This document shows, piece after piece, positions 57,037 through 64,000 of a stretch of DNA of 64,000 nt. The stretch covers positions 446,661 through 510,660 of the forward strand of contig OY761810.1 in NCBI GenBank assembly GCA_963664915.1, in the 5' to 3' direction. Numbering within the stretch: position 1 is the first letter of the stretch; every line of letters starts with the position of its first letter. Both the position numbers and the translations under genes were made by a program. The DNA comes from an uncultured Caproiciproducens sp. Its GTDB lineage: Bacteria > Bacillota > Clostridia > Oscillospirales > Acutalibacteraceae. The notes beneath the pieces are model-generated. The model made no database searches. It had not been told where the DNA came from and was given only the letters and a program-made list of their open reading frames with translations.

Positions 57037-58962
57037 ATGAAAAACAGAGAAAAAAATATTCTGAACTTTATACTTGAGAACAGCCGGGTGACTTTGGCGG
57101 AATTACTTTCTCATTTCAGCATTTCAAAAAGAACGCTTTATTATGATGTTGAAAAAATCAACAGCCAGATTAAGGGCTGCGGCCAGATCAAAAATATCGC
57201 ACAGGAATTCTCGTATATCGGGAATTGCGAAGCGCTGAAAAAAATGATCAGCGGCGCGGGGTCTGTTGATATGTTTACATCAGGCAGCAGGCAGGATTAC
57301 ATTTTAGAAAAAATTCTGACCGGACAGACCTTTACGCTGGAAAGTCTTGCGGAAGAACTGAGCATTAGCAAAAACACCTGTATCAGTGATATGGACGCTG
57401 TGAAAACAACCCTCCGTTCCAAAGGACTGCGACTGCAGGCAAAGCCGTCCTATGCTATTTTGGGAAACGAAATTGATATCCGTGAATTATACCTGATTCT
57501 TTTACAGGAAAATGCCAGTCTGATTGAACGCATTTCTCCAGCCATCGTAGCCTTTGACCACTCGAGCAATTTGCAGCTCACCGATTATTCCCTTGGCAGC
57601 CTTTCCGCTTTCCTTGAATTTCTCAAAATGAGAATGGCAAAGGAGCACTTTGTAAAAAGCAGTCCCTATTTAACAGAAGCGCAGGAATTTCCCTTCTATT
57701 CCTCTGTCGCTTTGCTGATTGGACAGGAAAACGAGCCTGAAAAAATGTATCTGTCTGCTTATATCGCTTCACTGCCCAGCCTGAACCATAATGTAGACGA
57801 CAGTCTGATTGAGCGCTATGTTAACAGGATAATCGAAAAATTCGAAGTAAAAACAGCAATTACGCTGGAATCTAAGGACGAGTTCAAGCGCAACATTAAG
57901 CGGCACCTGCTTTCGTCTTATTACAGAATTAAATTTCATTTTCCCATCAGCAACCTAGGTCTGACGGAAACCAAGGTTCAGCAGGGGGCTTTGTACAGGA
58001 TCATAAAATCCATTCTTACTGAAATCGATGGAGATTTTCCGGAATTTCATGGAATGCGCGACGAAGAAATCGGGTTTATTACCGCCTATTTCGGCGGTTA
58101 CCTTGCTGGAAGCAGAGACAGCGGCGTGCGCAAAAACAAGGTTCTGCTTGTGTGCCCGAACGGACTTATGATTTCTAAAAACCTCGGAATTCAGCTTTAC
58201 AGGTATATTCCCGCGGTGGAAGTGGTAGATACCATCGCAATAAGCAGGCTGGCGGACTATACGGGATATTATGATTATATTATTTCTACTGTTGAACTGC
58301 CGGCTTATGAAAATGTAATCGTCGTTAATCCGTTTTTAACAAAGCTTGATATACAGCGCATCATGAATAAGCTTCTCGATTTTTCCGGTTTCACGTATAG
58401 TTTTGACGTTGAACTTCTGATGCAGGTGATTAGAAAGAATGCGGATATCGTCAATGAAAATCAGCTGTACCATGATTTGGAAGCTTTAATATATCCTAAG
58501 AAAGAACAGAACAAAGAGGTAAAGAATCCCATGCTGAAAGATTTAATTTATGACGAACGCGTAAATGTGGTACAACATGTTGACAAGTGGCAGGACGCAA
58601 TCGCAATTGCGGCAAAGCCGTTAATCGAAGACCATTCCATTGAGTCCGCCTATGTGGACGCGATGATAGCCAGCGTGAATCAATTTGGTCCTTATATTGT
58701 GCTGGATGATTATTTCGCCCTTCCGCACGCCATGGCAAAAGTCGGCGTTAACCGGGTGGCAATGTCGTTGCTGGTAGTAAAAGATGAAGTGGATTTGATG
58801 GGGCAGCCGGTGAATGTTTTTCTTGTTCTTGCAACTGTGGATTCCACATCCCATCTGGACGCGCTGGCAAACCTTTCGGACATTTTGTGCGAAAGAGAAA
58901 ACCTCCGGACCTTTCGTACCGGCAATAAGAAGGAAATTATCAGCCTGATTAACCGGTATTGA
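57037..58962 (+). CDS. PRD-domain transcriptional regulator (HTH - PRD - PRD - EIIB-like - EIIA(Mtl/Fru-type))
   Basis: N-terminal HTHs, central PRD regions, an EIIB-like segment (KVLLVCPNGLMISKNL) and a C-terminal PTS EIIA-2 domain (YFALPHAMAKVGVN). Confidence 0.88.
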   Translation: MKNREKNILNFILENSRVTLAELLSHFSISKRTLYYDVEKINSQIKGCGQIKNIAQEFSYIGNCEALKKMISGAGSVDMFTSGSRQDYILEKILTGQTFTLESLAEELSISKNTCISDMDAVKTTLRSKGLRLQAKPSYAILGNEIDIRELYLILLQENASLIERISPAIVAFDHSSNLQLTDYSLGSLSAFLEFLKMRMAKEHFVKSSPYLTEAQEFPFYSSVALLIGQENEPEKMYLSAYIASLPSLNHNVDDSLIERYVNRIIEKFEVKTAITLESKDEFKRNIKRHLLSSYYRIKFHFPISNLGLTETKVQQGALYRIIKSILTEIDGDFPEFHGMRDEEIGFITAYFGGYLAGSRDSGVRKNKVLLVCPNGLMISKNLGIQLYRYIPAVEVVDTIAISRLADYTGYYDYIISTVELPAYENVIVVNPFLTKLDIQRIMNKLLDFSGFTYSFDVELLMQVIRKNADIVNENQLYHDLEALIYPKKEQNKEVKNPMLKDLIYDERVNVVQHVDKWQDAIAIAAKPLIEDHSIESAYVDAMIASVNQFGPYIVLDDYFALPHAMAKVGVNRVAMSLLVVKDEVDLMGQPVNVFLVLATVDSTSHLDALANLSDILCERENLRTFRTGNKKEIISLINRY

Positions 58963-59115
58963 GGATAGAAGATAGGTAGAATCTTGTATTTCAAAGACTG
59001 AGCGGTATTTCTGTTATTTTTTTGGTAAGGCTGATTCCTGGTGATAAAACTCCATGAAGCCCCTACTGAACGCTTATTCTTTAACAGACTAAATTTATGT
59101 TAGGAGGTGACAAGG

Positions 59116-59394
59116 GTGAAAATACTTGCTGTTTGCGGCTTTGGCTGCGGCTCATCCATGATTTTAAAGATGAGTCTGGAACGGGTTTGCAAACAAATGG
59201 GCATCAACTGCGAAGTGGAAGCAACCGACATTAACTCCGCGCGAGGAGCCTCATGCGAAGCGATCTTCACAAGCGCAGAACTGGCCAACGAACTAAAAAG
59301 CGCAAGCACCGTACCAATTTACAGTGTAAAAAAGTATATGGACTTGGCTGAGGTAAAAGGGGTATTTGAAAAATTTTTAAGCGACAGGAAATAA
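59116..59394 (+). CDS. PTS EIIB component, ascorbate (UlaB/SgaB) family
   Basis: VKILAVCGFGCGSSMILKM with the active-site Cys. GTG 59116 lies 9 nt after GGAGG; the track start is 59107. Confidence 0.85.
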   Translation: MKILAVCGFGCGSSMILKMSLERVCKQMGINCEVEATDINSARGASCEAIFTSAELANELKSASTVPIYSVKKYMDLAEVKGVFEKFLSDRK

Positions 59395-59406
59395 GGGGGT
59401 AATGAT

Positions 59407-60660
59407 ATGATGGATTTTATTACAACAAACATTTTGCGCAATCCTCCGGTTTTGCTCGGACTGATTGCTATGCTGGGGTTGATTCTTCAGAAAAAAAGCA
59501 TTGCCGAAATAGTGAAGGGAACCCTGCTTGCGGCATTTGGCATGGTAATTTTAAACGCCGGCGTAGGAATGCTGGTTGGCTCTATTTCACCGATCAACGC
59601 GGCTTTCCAGTCTTTGGCGGGCACAGGCACAGCCCAAGGACTGAACGATGTAACCTTTACCGGGACCTATGGCGGAGATGTGGGACTCGCAATGTTTATC
59701 GGCCTCATTCTTCACCTGATGATCGCGCGCTTTACGCCGATTAAAACAATTTTCTTAACCGGCCACATGTTATGGTGGTTCCCGTTCATCTTCGTTGCGG
59801 CAGGTGTGGAAGCGGGACTGCGCGGGCCGGTTCTGATCGGTACCAGTGCTGTTTTCTCCGCACTCTATTGGTCTGTAATGCCTTGGCTGCTCAGGAAATA
59901 TGTTTTTGCCGTTACCGGAGACGAATCTTTTACCTTAGGCCATCCGACCGGCGTTTTGAGCCTTATTTCCGGCTTTGTTGCCAGCAAAGTCGGAAATAAG
60001 AAAAAATCCACGGAGGATCTGAATATTCCTCAGGGACTTTCCTTTTTCCGTGAAATTTCCATTACCGGCGCATTAGTCGTTTTTATCATGTTCATCGTTG
60101 TGGGACTTGTCATTCCATCTTCGGTTGAAAAGGGCCAGAATTTATTTTTCGTATCGGTTAACCAGGGTCTTAACTTCGGCGCGGGCCTGATCATTATGCT
60201 CCAGGGCGTTCGCATGCTGATTAACCAGATTGTTCCTGCCTTCAAGGGCATTTCCGAAAAATTAGTTCCCAATGCACTGCCTGCCTTTGACTGCCCGATC
60301 ATCTTCAACTACAAGCCAAATGCAGTCTTAATCGGATTTATTACGGCTATGATTACCTCTACGATTCTGATTATGATCTGCAACGGAACCGGTGTATTCC
60401 ATGTTATGCTGATTCCGCTTGTTATTACTTCCTTCTTTGAGTGCGGCGCCGCGGCAGTAATCGGCGAAGGCCAGGGCGGACTGCGCGGGTGCATTATCGG
60501 CACCGCCGTCGCTGCCGTTGTCATGGTCGCGCTGGTTGGAATTTCAGCGGTGATGTACTCCGGTACCATTCAGAACTGGATGCTGATTTTCGGCGGCAAT
60601 GATCTGTCCCTGTTTGGTATTATCGCAAGGCTGATCGATAAATTGTTCGCGGTGATCTAA
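59407..60660 (+). CDS. PTS EIIC component, ascorbate (UlaA/SgaT) family
   Basis: 417 aa, polytopic. The N-terminus (DFITTNILRNPPVLLGLIAMLGLILQKKS) is typical of UlaA/SgaT. Confidence 0.9.
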   Translation: MMDFITTNILRNPPVLLGLIAMLGLILQKKSIAEIVKGTLLAAFGMVILNAGVGMLVGSISPINAAFQSLAGTGTAQGLNDVTFTGTYGGDVGLAMFIGLILHLMIARFTPIKTIFLTGHMLWWFPFIFVAAGVEAGLRGPVLIGTSAVFSALYWSVMPWLLRKYVFAVTGDESFTLGHPTGVLSLISGFVASKVGNKKKSTEDLNIPQGLSFFREISITGALVVFIMFIVVGLVIPSSVEKGQNLFFVSVNQGLNFGAGLIIMLQGVRMLINQIVPAFKGISEKLVPNALPAFDCPIIFNYKPNAVLIGFITAMITSTILIMICNGTGVFHVMLIPLVITSFFECGAAAVIGEGQGGLRGCIIGTAVAAVVMVALVGISAVMYSGTIQNWMLIFGGNDLSLFGIIARLIDKLFAVI

Positions 60661-60662
60661 CC

Positions 60663-61403
60663 ATGAGCTTTCAATACATTTCTGAAATCCGACGTTTGCT
60701 CGACCTGATTGAAGAAAAGGAAGCAAACGCAATGGAGCAGGCCGTATCCGTTCTGACAAAAGCGATTCTGGAAAAGCGTTCCGTCTATGTTTTCGGAGCA
60801 AGCCACGCCGGAATCCTGACACAGGAAATGTTTTACCGCGCCGGCGGACTTGTGGTAATCAATCCGATCTTCGGCAGCGAGGTGATGCTTGACACTTCCC
60901 CCATCACCCATACAAGCCGGATGGAACGCCTTGTGGGATACGGCACGCTTCTTGCACAAAAAGCGCCTATCCGTGAGGGTGATGTCCTGATCGCGCACTC
61001 CGTATCAGGAAGAAACCCCGTCACAATTGAAGTAGCGATGGAAGCAAAGAAACAAAACGCGACTGTGATTTCCATTACCAATTTGAACTATTCCAAGACG
61101 GTTTCCTCCCGTCATCCGTCGGGTAAAAATCTGTATGAAGTCAGCGATATTGTCATTGACAACCATGGAGAAAAAGGAGACGCCTGCATTCAAATCGACG
61201 GTATTTCGCAAAAGGTCAGCCCAACCTCCACGGTAATCGGCGCGACGATCCTCAATTCCATTGTCGCGGCGACTACGCAGTCACTGGTGAACAGCGGACT
61301 GAAAAATCCGCCTATTTTCTACAGTGCGAATGTAGACGGCGGAGATGAGCTGAACCGTAAAATTTTTGAGGAATACAAGGACAGCATCCATTACAGCTAC
61401 TGA
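60663..61403 (+). CDS. SIS-domain protein (UPF0309-like sugar-phosphate isomerase/binding)
   Basis: SIS motifs (VYVFGASHAGILTQE; VLIAHSVSGRNPVTIEVA). 246 aa. Confidence 0.85.
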   Translation: MSFQYISEIRRLLDLIEEKEANAMEQAVSVLTKAILEKRSVYVFGASHAGILTQEMFYRAGGLVVINPIFGSEVMLDTSPITHTSRMERLVGYGTLLAQKAPIREGDVLIAHSVSGRNPVTIEVAMEAKKQNATVISITNLNYSKTVSSRHPSGKNLYEVSDIVIDNHGEKGDACIQIDGISQKVSPTSTVIGATILNSIVAATTQSLVNSGLKNPPIFYSANVDGGDELNRKIFEEYKDSIHYSY

Positions 61404-61535
61404 TTTTTGTATGTGCTAAACTGTTTGCCATAGAGTATCACCTTTCTTTTGTTTTTTGACGGCTTGAACACTCGTCATTATATCAGAAAGGTGGTGCTCT
61501 TTGCTTAAGCTTCGACTCTCATCCGCGTAGCGGGT

Positions 61536-61628
61536 GGATTTACGTTCTCCAAACGGCAAGAAACTTGGAGATTCTGCTAAAGCAGATATAGAAAAAACCC
61601 GCCATTTTGGCGGGTTTTCGGTATTTTT
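61536..61628 (+). repeat. copy B of the conserved two-hairpin element plus intrinsic terminator
   Basis: ggatttacgtTCTCCAAacggcaagaaacTTGGAGAttCTGCtaaaGCAGat, then aaaaaacccgcc-atttt-ggcgggtttt..ttttt. Homologous to 25427-25478. A TTGACG-17-TATATC promoter-like motif lies at 61456-61484. Confidence 0.4.
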
Positions 61629-61629
61629 G

Positions 61630-61972
61630 GTGCGACCAGGCCTGTAAGCCGAGTTCTGTCGTGAACAGCCATCTATCTTGGCCGGATGTTGCCATCACGG
61701 CTCAGTGCCACCTTCTCGGGACGCGCCGGGCCGACGCATATATCCCTCTGCGGTGTTGCTCCGAATAGGGTTTGCAGAGCCGCGCGGTCTCCCACGCGCT
61801 GGTGAGCTCTTACCTCGCCTTTCCATCCTTACCGTTTCCGGCGGTATATCTCTGTTGCACTTTCCCTGGGGTTGCCCCCGGCGGCCGTTAGCCGTTATTC
61901 TGCCCTGTGGAGCTCGGACTTTCCTCGGGCACGCCCTTTCGAGCTGTGTCCGCAGCTGTTCAGCCTGCTCGC
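61630..61972 (-). ncRNA. rnpB: RNase P RNA
   Basis: The reverse complement contains the universally conserved blocks GAGGAAAGTCCGAGCTCCACAG, GGTAAGAGCTCACC and ACAGAACTCGGCTTA. Terminal P1 pairing is GCGAGCAGGC / GCCTGGTCGC. Ends are approximate to within 10 nt. Confidence 0.88.
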
Positions 61973-62051
61973 TTTATTATTTTAATGGATTTGAAGCCGT
62001 CTGTCAACCACAGAATATGGAAGTGCAGGAAATAAGTATCTATTATATCTA

Positions 62052-63509
62052 TTAATAGCTATGTTCGGAAATCAGACGGTTCTTTTCGTCCCAAAGTTTT
62101 TGCGACAAATCCACATTATACTGGTGAGGATTTTCAAAGCGGGTCACTTCATCCCAAAGCGTGTCGACCTGCTGCAGGCAGTATTCCTTAATTTCGTTCA
62201 GCTCACGCGGTTTGGTCAAACATTTTCCATTTTCAAACAGTTTTGGGCGAAGTTCGACCGCACGGAAATTCTTTACGATTTTGCGCTTCCATATATGCTC
62301 CGGATCAAACAGCTCATATGGTTGGGAATCATCTATTACCTCTCCTTGCAAGGTGATCAGGTCCGCAATGGCCTTACCGCTTTCACGGTCAAACAGCCTC
62401 CAGAGATTTTTGAAGCAAGGAGTGGTGATCTTCGTCACATTCTCGCTGATTTTAATTTTAGGGATCACGTTTCCCTGCGCGTCCTCAACCCCGCTCAGTT
62501 TGTAAACGCCGCCGAAAACAGGCTCGCTGGAAGAGGTAATCAGACGTTCGCCCACACCAAAACTGTCCACACACGCACCTTGCATCAGCATATCGCGTAT
62601 AATATACTCATCGAGTGAATTCGATGCACAGATTTTGCAGTCCTCAAATCCGGCTGCATCAAGCATTTTCCTCGCTTTTCGGGAAAGATAAGTAATGTCG
62701 CCGCTGTCAATGCGAATGCCCGCCGGGCGGAAACCAAGCGGCAGAAGTTCTTCATTGAACACCCGTATTGCGTTGGGGATGCCTGACTTTAAAACATTGA
62801 ACGTATCAACCAGCAGAGTGCACTGGCTCGGATATTCTTTGGCATAAGCACGAAAAGCATCCAGTTCACTGTCAAAAAGCTGTACCCAACTGTGTGCCAT
62901 CGTGCCGAGCGCCTTAACGCCATAGTCACGGTCGCAAATCGTGCAGGCCGTTCCGCAGCATCCGCCGATAAACGCGGCTCTTGCTCCAAGGATGGCTCCG
63001 TCTGGACCCTGCGCACGGCGGGAGCCGAATTCCATAACCGCTCTGCCCTGCGCGGCACGGACAATCCTATTGGCTTTTGTAGCAATCAGGCTTTGGTGGT
63101 TGATGGAAAGCAAGACCATGGTTTCAATGAATTGTGCCTGAATCACCGGACCGCGCACAGTGACAATCGGCTCAACAGGAAAAATGGGAGTACCCTCCGG
63201 AACAGCCCAGACATCGCAAGCGAATTTGAAGTCCGCAAGATACTGAATAAAGTCTTCATTGAATATTTTACAATCTTTCAGATACTGAATGTCTTCCTCG
63301 GTAAAGCTCAAATCCTCAAGATATTCAACGACCTGCTGAACACCGGCCATAATCGCATAACCGCCGTCATTTGGCACATGTCGGAAAAACATGTCGAAAT
63401 AGACTATGGTATCCTGATATCCGTTTGTAAAGTAGCCGTTTGCCATGGTGATTTCATAAAAATCGGTCAGCATGGTCAGATTGGTTTTTAATCTGTTCAG
63501 TTTCTTCAT
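62052..63509 (-). CDS. pncB: nicotinate phosphoribosyltransferase
   Basis: LTMLTDFYEITMANGYF.., GTMAHSWV and IRIDSGD motifs. ATG 63509 was chosen; the track's 35-codon upstream extension lacks support. Confidence 0.9.
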   Translation of the reverse strand: MKKLNRLKTNLTMLTDFYEITMANGYFTNGYQDTIVYFDMFFRHVPNDGGYAIMAGVQQVVEYLEDLSFTEEDIQYLKDCKIFNEDFIQYLADFKFACDVWAVPEGTPIFPVEPIVTVRGPVIQAQFIETMVLLSINHQSLIATKANRIVRAAQGRAVMEFGSRRAQGPDGAILGARAAFIGGCCGTACTICDRDYGVKALGTMAHSWVQLFDSELDAFRAYAKEYPSQCTLLVDTFNVLKSGIPNAIRVFNEELLPLGFRPAGIRIDSGDITYLSRKARKMLDAAGFEDCKICASNSLDEYIIRDMLMQGACVDSFGVGERLITSSSEPVFGGVYKLSGVEDAQGNVIPKIKISENVTKITTPCFKNLWRLFDRESGKAIADLITLQGEVIDDSQPYELFDPEHIWKRKIVKNFRAVELRPKLFENGKCLTKPRELNEIKEYCLQQVDTLWDEVTRFENPHQYNVDLSQKLWDEKNRLISEHSY

Positions 63510-64000
63510 CCTGCTCAGCTCCAATAAATTATTAAAATTTGCTGTAACTTTAACTCCGCTGGTCATCATATTATAGAACAGCAGTAAAACAATTTGTGGA
63601 TACCACAGCGGCATCCGGGTTTAAGCGAAAGCATATCTTTCAGCATTTAAAATAAAATTATAAACCTTTATGAAGAATATTATAACAATGTTAAGGCAAA
63701 ATAACAAATAAGAAATGCAATTATGTTTGAATCATTAATAATTTGAAAATTATTGGTTTAATATGTGAAAATTTTTTATATTTTATTGCATTTTAGACAA
63801 TAAAATATTATACTATAAGACATTAACAGAATTTGCACTGGTTAATTTCCAATAATTTGTAAATTTTCAGGAAATTTTGTTACAGGCGCTGTGCAGATGG
63901 AATATGTATGTGCGTAAAAAATATTTCGTAGGGAGATGAATTCAGTGAGATTACGCAAACAAGCACTCGGAACCCGTAATTTAGTCGGTGCGCGTGTTGA

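Noticed and set aside
61678-62055. 125-aa plus-strand ORF
   Set aside because: It lies antisense within RNase P RNA (rnpB, minus strand) and is an artefact of the GC-rich structured RNA gene.
63936-64000. Possible start of a plus-strand gene at the window edge (MNSVRLRKQALGTRNLVGARV / GTG 63945 after GGGAG)
   Set aside because: Only about 20 codons are visible and no family can be assigned, which is too little to report as a feature.

Overview
This 64-kb window looks like an anaerobic, spore-forming Firmicute of the Clostridia type. The taxonomic call is an inference from content: dpaA/dpaB, a split 'archaeal-type' glutamate synthase, type III glutamine synthetase, an (S/P)PXTG-like sorting signal and a cohesin-like surface protein.

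I support about 50 CDS, one initiator tRNA-Met, RNase P RNA, one intact IS4-family insertion sequence and one decayed large serine recombinase. No CRISPR array, cas genes, rRNA or recognisable defence system was seen.

By eye the window is compositionally mosaic:
- Block 1 (1-18.85 kb) is AT-rich. It carries a secreted beta-helix protein, a sulfate-ester utilisation locus (cytoplasmic Cys-type sulfatase, anaerobic sulfatase-maturating radical-SAM enzyme (anSME), NitT/TauT-type ABC importer, TauE/SafE permease, LacI regulator), a methyl-accepting chemotaxis protein (MCP), the recombinase remnant, tRNA-fMet and a MerR regulator.
- 18.86-25.25 kb is GC-rich. It holds one operon: amino-acid symporter, Cys/Met-family PLP lyase, RidA and a four-subunit 2-oxoacid:ferredoxin oxidoreductase.
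- Block 2 (25.3-32.2 kb) is AT-rich. It carries a 1502-aa permuted GH3 plus esterase protein, a ROK regulator and a partial second copy of the tRNA-fMet 5' half.
- 32.25-64 kb is a GC-rich core. It holds murC, dpaAB, metY, an IS inserted in a terminator palindrome, a nitrogen-assimilation supercluster (split GOGAT, glnN, Amt-PII fusion), a dedicated ECF transporter operon, an HPr / PRD-regulator / ascorbate-type PTS locus, rnpB and pncB.

The observations most worth follow-up are:
1. A B12-box-containing leader sits in front of a beta-propeller surface protein, a DUF4430 lipoprotein and a CbrTUV-like ECF transporter.
2. An uncharacterised tandem C-terminal module is shared by the two secreted CAZymes in the two AT-rich blocks.
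3. A 32-nt direct repeat of the tRNA-fMet 5' half, with homologous flanks, brackets 15.5 kb.
4. A conserved two-hairpin-plus-terminator RNA-like element is present twice.
5. The sulfate-ester locus.

All functional calls rest on motif recognition by eye; no database searches were run.
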